In this document: positions 12,685 to 26,642 of the stretch, piece after piece
Numbering within the stretch: the stretch's first letter is position 1
Layout of the letters: every line of letters begins with the position of its first letter
Assembly: GCF_009834535.1 (NCBI RefSeq)
Contig: NC_045696.1
Span: 78,680,001-78,744,000 of the forward strand
Source of the DNA: Camelus ferus
Taxonomy: Eukaryota
Length of the DNA stretch: 64,000 nucleotides
Reading direction: 5' to 3'
Notes under the pieces: generated by a model
The model's input: the letters and a program-made list of their open reading frames with translations, nothing else
Database searches by the model: none
Told to the model about the DNA's origin: nothing
Translations under genes and position numbers: made by a program

Positions 12685-15600
12685 TAGGCTTCCACTTCAA
12701 TAAAAGTGAAGTAACCAGAAATGAGACTAACATTCTTACCATAAACAACAAGAAAACCAGAATAAGTATATGAAAACACTATTATCAGACATTCAACAAG
12801 TAACACTGAACAGTGACTTCTGAGAGAAGAGAAATAAGAAAGATGAGTCTTATGATTGCCCAGTTTGTGCTTGGAGGCAGTTTCCAAGAGGTAGCTTGGA
12901 CAAAAGAAGCCAAACAGATCTTGGCTGCCTCACTAAGTTGGGGAGATAGAGATTAGTTTGGAAAGGCCAAGGCAGCTTGAATCTGTGGGAAATAACACCA
13001 AGGATACCCATACTGCACAGATTGAGAAAGCTCTAAATATCTGCATGGAAGTCCATTCCAGGAGTTTGGTGGCTACTGATCTTCCCTATGTGGGTAGAAA
13101 TCACTTGATTCTAGGGAAAGAATCACTGGAAAACAGTAGAATAAACATTTCTTAGAGCTCACAGTTTTGGAGAAAGACTTCCACCAGTTATGCTGGAGAG
13201 ACATCAAAGAATACCCGGGACATTCAGAAGAGTCTCCAGAGAATCATACCATAGTGAAAGCAACCAGAGGAAAGTAAAGCATATTCTCTACAAAAGAACA
13301 AAGATGAGAATTACAGCCAACTTCTCATCAGAAAATGAAAGACTGAAGACAATGGCAGATACTTTAAAGAACTAAAATGAAACAACAAGAAAACGAAGGA
13401 GAACTTTTTGTGTTTATGAAAGAAACACAAAAGGATGATATAAATGAGAATCTGCACAAAAGATGAAGAGTTATGAAAATGGTAAATACATAGTAACTAT
13501 AGGGTATAATGTTTCTCATTTTAATCACTTTAAAGGCAAAAAATAATACAGCATTATTCTAAGGTTTATAACAGAGAGCAGTAAAATTATGAAAGCAAGA
13601 AAACAAGGAAGAGGGAGGAAATGGAAGTATATTGTTATAAGGTTCTTACATTTTTACATGAAGTAGCATATTATTTGATAGTGAACTTGTAAGTTAAAGC
13701 TCACGTTGTAGACTTTGGAGTAACCATTAAACAAATAAAACAAAATGGCACAGATAGTGAAGATAAAATGGAATCAGAAAATATATTCTCTTTATCTAAT
13801 ACAAAAGAGAAAAGAGAGGGAAAGTAATAAAGAGCAAACAAGAGAAAAAGAAAACAAATATCAAGTCAGTTGATTTAAACCCAAACATAGGAATAACAAC
13901 ATATAATATAAATGATGTGAACAACCAATTAAAAGGTAGAGACTGAATGAAAAAACTACATACTATCTAAAAAATAAAATTACTTTAAATGTGAAGGCAT
14001 ATAGATTAAAAGTAAAAGATAGGGACAGAAGTAACATGCAAACATTAATCAAAAGAAAGCTGAAATGGCTATATTAATATCAAAAAAGAAGATCTGAAAG
14101 TCATGGATAATATCAGGACAAGAAGGATACTTACATAGTGATAAAGGGGTCAGTTCATCAATATAACACTCCTAATGGTTTATGCACTTAATAAAATGTT
14201 TTTAAAATAAGAAATAAAAACAGGTAGAACTTAAAAAGAACTAGAAAAATACACATTTACACTAAGAGATTTCAAAATGTCTTTCAATAATTGATAGAAC
14301 AAGTACAGAAAAATGTCAATAAGTATGTAGAAGATTTGAATGACACTATCTATTGACATGATCTAATTAACATTTGGAGAACATTCTACATCTTTTTCAA
14401 GAGCATGTGGAACAATCATCAAGATGGACCATATTCTGGGTCATAAAATAAATTTCAATAAATGTAAAAGACTGAAATCATACATAGTGTATTTCTCACC
14501 ACAATAAAATTAAACAAGAAATCAGTAACAGAAATACAACTGGAAAACTCCAAATATTAGAAACCAACACTCTTACAAATAACACTTGAGTCAAATGGAA
14601 AAGAAAAAACATGGTAAATTCAGTAATATTTTAATTGAAAGAAAATGAAAATACCCTATATCACAATTTGTGAATGCAACTAAAACAGTGCTTAGAAGGA
14701 AAATTGTAACATTAAATGCTTGTATTAGAATAGAAGGAAATTCTTATATCACCTTCCTTAAGCTTCCACCTGAAAGAACTAAAAAAAAAAAAGAGGAAAT
14801 TAAACCAAAATTAACAGAAAGAAGGAATAATAAAGGTAAAAGTAGATATATATAAAATAAAAGAAGTACAAACAATAGAGAAAAATCAATGAAACTAAAA
14901 GCTGATTCTTTGAAAGAATCAGTAAAATTTATTAAGCTCTAGACAGACTGACCAAGGAAAATGAGAAATGATACAAATTACCATTATCAGGAATGAAAGA
15001 GAGAACATCACTCAGACTACATACAAAGTAAAAGCATAAGGAAGGAATATTAGGAACAATATTATGCCAATAAATTCAATAACTTAGATGAAACAAAAAA
15101 TTCCTTTAAAGATATCACTCAATATGAAATAAATAACCCAAATAGCCCTTTTCAAAGACAGAAATTAAACTCAAGTTTAAAACCTTTACAAAAGAAAATT
15201 TCAAACCAAGACAGCATCACTTGGAATTCTATCAAACATTAAAGTAAAAAAAAAAATCAATTCTACACAAATTCTTTCAGAAAACAGAAGATGAGGGAAC
15301 ATTTTCCAACTCACTTAATAAGGTAAACATCATCTTGATCCAAAAACAAAGACATTACAAGAAAGGAAAATTACAGATCAATATCTCTTATGCTTTTATG
15401 ATCCATTAGACATGAAAATAAGTCCCTAACAAATTTTTAGTAAACTGTATTCCCCAATATATAAAATATATAATATATAAATTATATATATGCATATAAT
15501 AAGCAAATACACATGGCCAAGTAGATGCAAGTTGAGTTTAACAGTCAAAAAGTACATTATGTGATTCACCACATTAAAATACTGAAAAAAAAAAAAGAAA

Positions 15601-17545
15601 AAAACAATCATCTGAATAGATGCCAAAAAGCATTTCACAAAATTCAACAGGTATTCATAATAAATATTTAAGCTAATTGGAAATAGAAGAAAACTTTTCA
15701 ATCTGATATAGGTCATCTGTTATGCTCTGAACTGTGTTCTCTCTAAAGTCATATGTTGAAGCCCTAACCCCAAACATGACTGAACTGGAGATGGGGTCTT
15801 TAAGGAGATAATTAAGATTAAAAGAAGTCATATGAGTGGAGCCCCAACACAACAAGACTAGTATCTTCCTAGAAAAAGGAAGAGATACCAGAAGGTTCTA
15901 AGTTCTCTCTTTCCTCCTTCTCCTCCACCGCCACCCCTGTCCTTCTTTCTCTCTCTCTTACAGAGAAGAGGCCATCTGAGGGCATAATAAGAAGGCAGCC
16001 ATCTTTAAGTCAGGTAGAGAGCCCTCACCAGCAAACAATCCTGATAGCGCCTTCATTTTGGACTTCTAGCCCTATTTTATGAGAAAATAAATTTCTGTTG
16101 TTTAAGCCACCCAGTGTGGTATTCTGTTATGGCAGCCCAAACAGACTAACACAGGATCTCTGAAAACCTACAGCTAACATCATTCTGATATGGTAAACAC
16201 TGAGTGCTTTTCGTATAATATCAGGAACAACAACAACAAAAAAGACGTCTGCTTTTCTCATGTGTATATTCAATATTGTACTGGATATCTCAGCTAGTAA
16301 AATAAGGCAAAAATAAGCAATAAAAAGCATACAGTTTGGAAAAAAAGAAAAACTTTCTTTCAGAAAAAAATGATCATGCAGAAAATCCTGAGTAATCTAC
16401 ATAAAATGATGAGACCTAATAAATGAGTTTAACAAGTACACAGTATAAAATCAATATACAAAATCAATTGTATTTTATACATTAGAAACAAAAACTAGAA
16501 ATTAAAAAATTTTAAAGTGCCACTTCAAATAGCATCAAAATATGAAGTACTTCGAGATAATTTGTTTAATTTTATAAAACATGTACCCTGTCAACTATAA
16601 AACATTGTTCAAACAAGTTAAAGAAGATTTAAATAAATAAAAATATATACCATGTTCATTAATACTGTTACAATGTCAGTTGTCCTCAATTTGTTCATTC
16701 CAAAATTATTCAAGAAAATCAAAATTAAAATATTAGCAGGTTTTTCTGCAGAAGTTAGCAAACTGTTTCTATAATTTATGTTGAAATGCAAAGGACATTA
16801 GTCATTAAGAAAATGCAAGTTAAAACCACAATAAGATAACACTACTTACCCTCTAGCATGACTAAAATTAAAAAGACTGTCCATACTAAGTGCTGGCAAA
16901 CATGTATTGAACTTGAATTCTCATACATTGCTAGTAGGAATGCAAGATGGTACAGACACTTAAGAAAACCATTTGGTAATTTCTTATGAAGTGTATTATA
17001 AAGTTACATGCATATTGACCATTCAACCCAGTAATCCCACTCTTAGGTACTCACTCTAAAGAAATAAAAAAAAATACCACACATGGACCTGTATAAGAAT
17101 GTTCATAGTAACTCTATTCAGGATAGGCAAAAAATCCATCCATATTCATGATGCCCAGATATTCATATGTGAATGGATAAACAAATTGTGATATATCCAG
17201 ATGGTTGAATGCTACTCAGCAGTATGAAGGAACAAACTACTTGAACATGAACAACATGGATGAATCTCACAAGCATTATGCTGAAGTGAAAAAAAAAAAA
17301 AAAAGACTACTGCTGTATTATTTCATTTATATAAACTTCTAGAAAAAAATCTAAATCATAATGTATAAAGCAGATCAGTAGTTGCCAGAGGCAGCAGTAG
17401 AGTAAGAGGATCAACTACAAAGGCACAATGGAGGTTTGTTGCACTGATGGAAGTGTTCTCTATCTTGAATGTAGTAGTGGCTATACAATCTTACCGATAT
17501 ATATATAGTACAATATCCATATTCTGTGTACTTCAATAAAGCTGA
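12685..17545 (+). mobile_element. Large fossil L1 (L1MC/MD-age): 5' UTR, ORF1 remnant, disrupted ORF2 and 3' UTR
   Basis: ORF1 motif RITANFSSE (about 13310); ORF2 motifs (NATKTVLRRKIVTLNACIR at about 14670, ttatgccaataaattcaataacttagatgaa); 3' end tacttcaataaagctg at about 17530. Many stops and frameshifts. Confidence 0.9.
15718..16153 (+). mobile_element. MLT1A-like MaLR solo LTR nested in the L1
   Basis: TGTTATG...AACACA termini; gagaaaataaatttctgttgtttaagccacccagt; degenerate 5-bp TSD tcatc/ggatc; L1 sequence resumes on both sides. Confidence 0.9.
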
Positions 17546-17554
17546 ATTTCAAAA

Positions 17555-17680
17555 ACTAAGAAGAAATTGTACATTTGTAACTATGCATGCTGATTGATGT
17601 CAACTAGACCGAAATGAATATCGAATCATTATGTTGTAAATCTGAAACTAATATATATGCCAAATTATGCTTCTAAAAAA
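17555..17680 (+). mobile_element. Short L1MA9-like 3' end
   Basis: gtaactatg...gatgtcaactaga...gaatcattatgttgtaaatctgaaactaata resembles the tail at 4670-4790. Confidence 0.6.
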
Positions 17681-17864
17681 GATTACTTTAAAATATGAAA
17701 AAAAAAATCAGGAAAAATACAGATATTTCAAGGGAGATATAAAGAAGGTAAGAAGAAAGCCTCAGTTACCTAGTTTCCAGCTCCCCAATCAAATCCCCTG
17801 AGAGCACATCATAGAATCCCTAAACTTCCTCAGAACACAGTTTGAAACATCTATTATGATAACT

Positions 17865-19100
17865 GAGGCATTTCAAATCAATGAGGAGGTCTGGGCTACT
17901 TGTTAAGTGGTACTCAGTCAACAGCCTAGCCAGTTGGAAATAAAATAAATTAGACTCTTGTCTCAAATTATATCTAAGAATGAAGTCCTTATGGATTTAA
18001 CATTAAACATAAAAAGGTAATTGAAGAAAAATTTAAATAATTTGTCATATAACTTTGTGTAGGGGAAGCTTTTTGTTAGCCTGGCTCCATAGCCAGAAAA
18101 CATAAGGTAAAGATTAACAAATAATTGAGGAAACTATAAATAAAATTAAAATTTGTAAGATAGAAAAAAATAGGTGAGATAAAAATATACAGAATTATTA
18201 AATACCAATAAGAAAAAGAAGACCATACTAAAAGTAAAAAATGAGCATAACATGGACAAGAAATTTATGAAAGGCAATACAGTGGCTACTAAACACTGAA
18301 AATACAGTTGACCTTTGAAAGACGCAGAGGTTAGGGATGCCAATCCCACCTGCAGTCTGAAATTCATGTATAATTTCACATGTAGTTATGGTTCCACATC
18401 CACAGATTTAACCAGCCATGGATGGGGTAATACTATAGCACATATTTAGTGAAAAAAAATCCATTTATAAGTGGACCTGTAAAGTTCAAACACACGTTGC
18501 TCAAGGCTCAATTCTATATTCTACATCACTAATGGAAAAAAAACAAATAAAAAAGTAATGCTGAGATATCAAAGTTCACCTACCCAATTAAAGAATACAT
18601 TTATAAGAGTGTGGTGCTGGGGGAAGTATATAGTTACATCTTCCAGAGAATATTTTGTAGTAAATATCAAATGTCTAAAATTCCATTATTTTGAGTTTTA
18701 AAATTTATTTTGTAATATAATCTGATGGATATAGAAAGTTTTATTTATTTCAGAATTATGTATGGGTGAAAACTGTAATTCTCAATGTTCATAAATACTG
18801 GGTGACACCAACACAATCTGAAGCCATTAAAAATGAAAATGTAAACCAATAATTATTGACATAGAAAGATGTTCATGGCAAGTTGCTGGATAAAATGTAT
18901 CTTCATGTGTGAGCTTATTCAAAAATAAAAATGCATCCTTTACTTATCTCTCTCCTCTACCCACATATACACAGATGCACACAGGGATCTGAAAAGTATA
19001 TACTGATAGATCAATAAAAGTTATCTGTGATTGATAAAATTAAGGAAAGACTTTCTTTACATTTTTATATACTTGAATTTTTTATGTGTAAAAAACAATA
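17865..19100 (+). mobile_element. Highly decayed old L1 (L1ME-like) fragments
   Basis: ORF2 3' and UTR-like motifs (aaaataaattagactc, gccattaaaaatga...ttattgacatagaaagatgttcatg). Confidence 0.55.
18305..18514 (-). mobile_element. MER8 (Tigger/TcMar) MITE
   Basis: TIRs CAGTTGACCtTTGAA / ctcaaggctcaattc, TA flanks on both sides, and internal aaaatccatttataagtggacc...agttcaaac. Confidence 0.85.
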
Positions 19101-20078
19101 CTTAAAGAACTATTTACAACATAATTTTCAAACTAGTCAAGAGTTAAGTAATTTGTAAGTTAGAGAAGTTTAAAAATGAGCTATAGGTGGCCACAATTAT
19201 CAATGTTTACACAAAGTTCAATCAACAATAATTTTTTTTCTTTAAGCATCAGACTAAAATTCTAGGAAAATATCCTGAGGATTTCTTTCCCAAGTGAATG
19301 GTACCTAAGGATCTAGTAAACGGTATCCCTCTGTCACCCTTACTGCTAGTGTTTTATGTCACACTATATCTCCAACAGAAGATGAGGCAGGCTTTAATTC
19401 TCTGTTCTTTGAAAATTATTTTCTGCCAGGTCTTAAGAAAATAAAGTGGAATTGTGATTTGCAACTTATTTGAGAAAGATAGATAACCTTGAGTCTTAAA
19501 CCTTCTCCAGCATTTTCTTGATCTTCACTAACCATGACAATGGTAGAACGGTCTCATCTGCAAATTACTAAAAATAATCAGCTCTGAGAAGTGACCTTGG
19601 ATGAAGCAATGTTAAATTGGCCAGGAAAATTTTTTGAGGCATCATTGTTATTAACTTGCAATTTTTTCATTTCACTCTGCCACTGATGCTTGGCAGGTTA
19701 TAATTTTTCATTTTCTTTCGCACTTGGATGAAACTCAGCAAAGTAGAGATTATGGAGATAGTACTGGAGAATTTTTACAAAAGGATTTCCCCCATCACCC
19801 CATATTATTAGGTTACAAAATGGATCTCTATTTGAGACAACTTATCAGCTAAAGATGCATAATCAGACTTTAAGATAACAGTAATGACCTACATCATATT
19901 TTAGGTTTTTTTTTTTCAAGTGCTGCCTTCTCTATACAGAGCTGATGTTATGACCAATTTATATACTTGGAAGTATTTTCATTAGTGGGGATGGTTTGGG
20001 CTGGTTTTCCTTTTGACAACTTCATGCTTTCATGAAATGGCTTGATAGAGTTAAAGAAAATATGAAAATAGAAAACAG

Positions 20079-20244
20079 TTTTTTTAATTGAATGCAAGAG
20101 TATTCAAATTCTATAGTGTTTTACAATTTTCAGAAGTTTTACATACATGATTTCATATAATCCCATAATAACCTTTTTTCCCACTACCCCTATATTGCCC
20201 CTCCTCCCTTCCATCTCCCCCACCACTAGTTTGTTCTCTGTATC
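20079..20244 (-). mobile_element. 5'-truncated lineage-specific (camelid-type) L1 3' end
   Basis: The minus strand reads agatacagagaacaaactagtggt...ggttattatgggattatatgaaatcatg...ttcaatt plus polyA; TSD tagaaaaca at 20069-20077 and 20245-20253. Confidence 0.75.
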
Positions 20245-23200
20245 TAGAAAACAACTCTTTATATAAAGATGTCCAGTGACACAGATCAGAATTAAATCTG
20301 TACTACTAAGAGTGAATAAAAAGCTAGTCTCAGGGAGGTGGCTGCTACTTGTGGTGCATCCTCCCTCCTTCTTTGTCTCCACTGAGACCAGTCCCAATGC
20401 TGGTAGTATAGCGATGATCACCTACATTCATATTCCTTTAGAATCTGCTTTCAGCATGCCACTTACTAACCAGCTTATAGTAAGCATTAAATAAGTGTAA
20501 GTTGTCATTATCTTAAGTAAAAGAGGAAAGAAAACTCATTTAAAAAATAAAGAATATTATAATAGAGGCTACAGAAACCAAGAACAAATTTGAGTTTGGA
20601 AATATTCCATACAACAGGACAGTGTCTAAATATGTAGTGCTTAAATGGAGACTTAGAGACCAATCTCTTCTAGTTTGAAAAAACTAAGAAGTGCCCACTC
20701 TGAGTCACCATTTCCCTTATCTTATCCTGACTTGACCATTAGCATCCAATTGCATCTAGGGTAATATCAGTACCAAAGTTAGAATACCAAACTACGGACA
20801 ATCATTTGCTAGGAAAACCATTAAGTTTTCTAAACTCTAAGCTCTTTAAGTGGGTTATCCCCAGATATCATTCCCATATTATTTGAAAGGGAAATTAAAT
20901 TTCTACTCCCCCACAGAATATCTGAATTTGGGGTCTTGGATCTAACTGTAGGATGAAATATTTTCTTCTCCTTAGTAAAACTGAGTTACACACTATTTCA
21001 CCATAGAACATTATGATTACCTCACAATACAACCTTGACATTAATGGGACTTTTAATTAATTTTTTTGTCCAACCACTGGCAAAATATGTAAATTGACAA
21101 AAGAGCTGCTTAGTAAAGAGCTTCCTTTCAGTGACCATAGTAACTCAGATTTGAAAACACTGGGTACTTTTGCAGCAACAGCTTAGGGTAAGCAACATTT
21201 TAACTGAAGTTCCAGAATAATATGCAGAAATTAAATTAAGAATTACATTGAGGCAAAGAGGGGCCTTCTAATCTAAACTTTTTAAAAAGAGGATTGGCAA
21301 AAATGATAAATATCATCTACAATCTTCTTTATTAATCTGTACCATATACAGCACATGCTGAAGTTTAAAGAAACATGATTACAATAAAATAAAATTATTG
21401 TAATACGAATAATAAAAGCAAAATAACACAGATGTTAAAAACGTTTTTAAACATAATACAGTGCCTTAATGAATTTTTAGAGTGTCAATAAAATGTTTTT
21501 CTGTTATAAATACTAATTGATAGCAAATAAGATGTAAGCCAATATACTCGACAAGATATTCCTTTTTTCTACCAGCCATTGGTGTGGGGGAAGAAAACGT
21601 AGGAAGAGGCGGGAAAAGAGGAGAGGATATCTTTCTTTTATTTCTGTACTGCTCCAAATACATAAAGGCAATGCTCCAAAGATAGAAGCAGCTCTCCAAT
21701 GTCCTACCACACAAGCCCCATTTCAAGGAAAAAAGTGGAATAGTTTGGTTTGGTCTTCTATAAAAGCTGGTAATACAGAAAAGGAGTAATGGCCCAGATT
21801 TGCTATGCATTATGGTAGCAGCATTTAGTGCAGAAGCTACAGAGAAACCTGCCATTAAAATTTCCTACTTTTGAGAAATACTGTCAAGCTTCACTATTTT
21901 TATTCTAAAAATTATATTTGACTCTTCCAAAGAAAATATTGAAAATCGAAAGACAGTATACAATGACTCATCTTAGCAATAACTTCTAGGAAACATGGAT
22001 GATATATATTTTATTAGAAGAGCTACTGTAAGAGGAATTCATTATATTCTACTAATAAAAGGGAAATTCTCAGTCAATACTTGGAAAAGTTTTCATTTGT
22101 GCAAAATTATGAAATTTTTAAAGGAAATTTATTTTGTTATTCTTACAATATAAGACAATCCAATAAAATGTTTACCACTTCCATATAGTTTCATTTGTTC
22201 AAAATTGTATTCTTTTAAAATAGTATTTCTAGTATTAAGTAAATAAGTACCAAAATCAGCCAGTCATTTTAGTTTTAAGTAGCCAAATTATTAAATTAAT
22301 ATTCAAAACAGGTGTTTTTGAAAGACCATAAATATTGTCAGGAAAAATAGAGTTTGGACAATTACATTTTTTAATCAATAAGATGAATGAGTCAAATCAC
22401 CCAAAATAAGTATTACCTATCCCTTAAGATAAATGTTGATTTTGGTAACTTTTTTTGGTTTTGTTTTTATCATTGACTAAGATAATAAAATGGGAAATAT
22501 AAAAATTTAAAGTTATGATTAGGTTTTCTTAAGAAAAATAGATATCAAGAACTACTTGTAGCATCTGGAAAATCCTTCTGTAAATGCAGAAATGCAGCAG
22601 ACATTTTTGGTACTGTTACTGAGGCATGCTACCTAGGTGTAGGAGACACTGGCCTCATGTCCTATACATCCTTGCTGCCCTACAACATTTATCTTCAGCT
22701 TTGAAAGTCTGACTGACTAAGCTTAGTCAAATAGCTCCTTCCTATTTCTCTTGTTTCTGAATTGACCATCCCACCATTCTTGCACTGTCAGTATTTTCTG
22801 AACATATGAAAATTGCCAACATCATCTTTTATTCATATCAAGCCTGTTATGCTTGCCTCAAAAACACAACACTTAGAAAAGTATAAAATGTCATTGAGAA
22901 GTTGGAAAAATTATTATTTTTAAAATATTATTTCTCCAATTAACAGACTCCCCTATTCAAAATAGTAAAACCTAATATACTGGCCAATAACTAATAATCA
23001 TAAAAATGACTGCCTAATGAAAACTATAGTTAAGAAAAAAGAGGTGGGGTAATTTAATAACCAGAAATAGTATGTATCAAAAATACTGTATCAGCTTTTA
23101 ATAGGCTATCACAATATATTTATTAAGTAAATATGATGCCACTCAAGAAGTAGAAGTACTTCAGGTAATCAGGAGAGCAGGAAAATTTTTGAGCAGTTAA

Positions 23201-23599
23201 AAAAATTTTTAAAGAATTATTACAATGTAAATTTAGCATCAGTTAAAACTATTATATTTTATAACAAAACAATAAATATTAATTTAGACCTTTAAGTATG
23301 GTATACTTGAAATTAAGAGCATGTATGCTTTACAAATCAGACAATGCATTTCAATTAAGAGATAAAGGCTTTGAGGTAGGCATGGGTGAGGGATGGAAGG
23401 GAAAACATTGATCTTAAACATGTATTAAAGTCTTCTACCTTGCTCCAGAGAAGCAATGAGTAACTTTCCCTTTAGCTTCTCTAATTTTCTTCTTAATCTA
23501 CAAAATAGAAAACTAAACAAAAATGAAAACAAAAAAAACTCAGTATGATCAGCAAATATCTGTTTTATAAGTGTAATTTTTAATTCAAAAATGTAGTAA

Positions 23600-26370
23600 G
23601 TCCTTTAAAAACAAACAAAAAATAAAATCAAAACTAAATTAAGTAGGGGGAGGGTACAGCTCAAGTGTTAGAGGACATGCTTAGCATGCATGAGGTTCTC
23701 GGTTCAATCCCCAGTACCTCCTCTAAAAATAAATAAGCCTAATTACCTCCTCCAAAATAAAAAAACAAAAAAAATGTTTAATTAAATTAGGTAAAAGAAA
23801 TGAAAGAATAAAAAAAAAGTAGAAATCAGTGAAACAAAAATAATAGAATACAGTGAAATAAAACACTGATTCTTCGAAATAATCAGAAAAAATAAATTTA
23901 CTACCATTATAGTGAAAAAAAAAGATACTTGATGCCAATACACCTCATTTAAATAAACGCAAAAATAAAATAAAATGAAATTTTGGCCAATAGAGTCTAA
24001 CAGTATAGAATGATCAAGTAAGATTTATTCATTTATCCCAAGGATGCAAGGTTGGTTTAACATTCAAAGAGTACTTAATATAATTCACCATATTAGCAGA
24101 CTGAAAAAGAAAAAACATGATCATTTCAATGATTTCAGAAAAATCACTTGACAAAATCCCTTGTCCAATCATTATAAAAAATTCTTAGCACACCAGGAAT
24201 AGATGGGCACTTCTTACCCTAATATTACCAGAAAGCCTCCATTTGACATTATTACTTAATGGTGAAGGAATGAATATTTTCCTCCTAAGATCAGGAACAA
24301 CAGTACAGATTTCTGGTCTCACAATTTATATACATTATGGTACATTCTTGCTAGAGTAGTACATTCTTGCTAGAGTAGCAAGAATGTGTGTGTTGGGGGA
24401 GAGGACGTTAAAATAATAACAAGCATTCATATTGGGAAGGAAGAACTAAAACTGCCTTTGTAAGTTATCTTAAAGGATGTTATCACCTATATAGATAACC
24501 CAATGGAATCTACAAAAAAAAAAAAAAAACTACTGGAAATAAATGAGTTTACAAAGTTTAAAGATACAATACATAAAAATTAATTGTATTTCTGCATAGC
24601 AATTAATTATGAAAAATTCAAATTTAGGAAAAATGCCATTTAAAAATACATAAAAATATGAAGTATTTAGGAATAAATCCCATAAACATGTGCAAGACTT
24701 GTGAAATAAAAACTATGAAACACTGCTAAGAGAAATTAAATAAGATATATGTAAGTAGAGAAGCATACCTTGTTCACAGGTCAGAGAATGCAATATTGTT
24801 TAAGATGTTAATCCTCTCCAAATTGATATACAGATCTAAAATATCCCAAACAAAATCCCAGTAGGATTTTTGTAGAAATTTGAAAGCTGATCCTAAAACC
24901 CAAGCAAAAATGCAGAGAACCTAGAATAACCAAAATACCTGTGGTTGTTCGTAGGGCTAACTCTACTTGATTCAAAGACTTATAAAGCTAGTAATTAAGA
25001 AAGAGTAGTGGTGGCTCAGATGCAAATAGATCAATGGAACAAAACAGACATTCCAAAAGGAGACATGTATGGATGACTGATTTTTTTTACAAAGGAGAAA
25101 AAGGCAATTCGGTGGAGAAAGGATAATCTTTTCAACAGGTGATGCAATAAAAATTGAAAATCAATATGTGAACAAACAAAAGAAAAAGAAAGTTTATCTA
25201 TACCTTAATCCATACATACAATTACTCAAAATGGATCACAGACCTAAATTTTTAAAACTTAAAACTTCTAGAATAATATACAAAAGAAAACCTTTGTGAG
25301 CTTTGTGTAGACAGATTTCTTAGTATGATACCAAAAAAGCATAATTCGTAAAAGAGCAAAATGACAAATTGGATGTCATCAAATTGAAAACTTCTGTTCA
25401 AAAGACACTGTTAAAGAGAATGAAAAGACATGCCATGGATTAGGAAAATGTATTTGCAAATCACATGTTTGATAAAGAATTTATATCTAGAATGTATAAA
25501 GAACCCTTGAATCTCAATAATAGAACTCTCAAAACTCAACAAAAACCCAACTGAAAATTTGGCAAAAGATTTGAACAAACATCATCAAAGAATATATATG
25601 AACAGCAATAAGCAAATAAAAAGATGCTCAACATAATTAGCCATTTAGAGAAATACACATTAAAACCACAAAGATACACCACTATACCCCTATTAGAATG
25701 TCTAAAATTAAAATGCCTGACCACAGAGAGTGTCAGCAAGAATGTTGTAAACCTGGAAATCTCATACACTGCTGATGGAGTGTAAATGATGATACTATCA
25801 CTCTGGGAAACAGTTTGGCAGTTTCTTAAAGTGTTAAACATCATACAATGCAGCCACTCCAATGCTAGATATTTCCCCAAGAGAAATAAAAGCATGGGTC
25901 CATATACAGTCTTGTATGTAAATGCTGGTGACCACTTTATTTGTAAGAGCCAAAAACTTTAAAAACTCCTAAATGTTAATCTACAGAGAAATAGAGAAAT
26001 TGTAGCATACATACACATGGGATGTTACTCAACAAAAAAGGAAATGAGCTATTAATACAACATGATGAAACTCAAAATGATTTTTAAAGAAGCAAAAAAA
26101 TTAGTACATATTATATGATCTATTTACATAAAATTATAAAAATGAAAATATATAATGACAAATCAATGTTTGCCTGGGACTAGAGGCAGGGCCTAGAGAG
26201 GAGAGACGGATCATAAAGAGGCATGAGGAAATTTGGGGGCATAATAGGTATGTTCACTATATTTTGGTGATGGTTTCATGAGCATAGGCATATGTCAAAA
26301 CTTCACACACTGTACACTTTAATTATATGCATTTTATTGTATGCCAATCATATCCCAATAAAGTTGTCAA
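23600..26370 (+). mobile_element. Fossil L1 (L1MB/MC-age): ORF2 RT-to-C-terminus and 3' UTR
   Basis: tttatcccaaggatgcaaggttggtttaacattca; aaatagatcaatggaacaaaacaga; 3' end tatgcattttattgtatgccaatcatatcccaataaagttg. Confidence 0.9.
23646..23779 (+). mobile_element. Camelid tRNA-derived SINE (Vic-1-like), nested in L1
   Basis: GGGGGAGGGTACAGCTCAAGTGTTAGAG...GGTTCAATCCCCAGTACCTCC, homologous to 3161-3280; TSD aactaaattaagta (23632-23645) / aattaaattaggta (23780-23793). Confidence 0.85.
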
Positions 26371-26642
26371 GAAAGACAAGAAATAAGGCTTCTAAAATGT
26401 TAGGATTCACTGATTTACACTAGAATCATTTAATATGTTTAGTTTGAAAGTGTTTATTTTCATTCCAAAGATACTCTTTGTCAGGTTCATCTTTCAGGTC
26501 TTGATATTAAAGACTCTAGCATTGAAAAATGTTTGAGTTAAATATATTATCCCATATTTTAGTCTAAGTCCTCTAATTTTCAAAATTATTACAAACTATC
26601 AATAAGGAATGGAACTATCATTTATTCATTTAAAAATATTAT

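Noticed and set aside
12516..14855. Several ORFs of 61-123 aa
   Set aside because: They are sense or antisense readings of a decayed L1 5' UTR, ORF1 and ORF2.
19502..19557. Possible minus-strand exon (ttgcag|ATGAGACC...GGAGAAG|gtttaa)
   Set aside because: Weak donor, interrupted pyrimidine tract and an unrecognised peptide.
21466..21855. Longest ORF (129 aa, minus) as a CDS
   Set aside because: No recognisable domain or homology and no convincing splice donor; this length can occur by chance in 64 kb.
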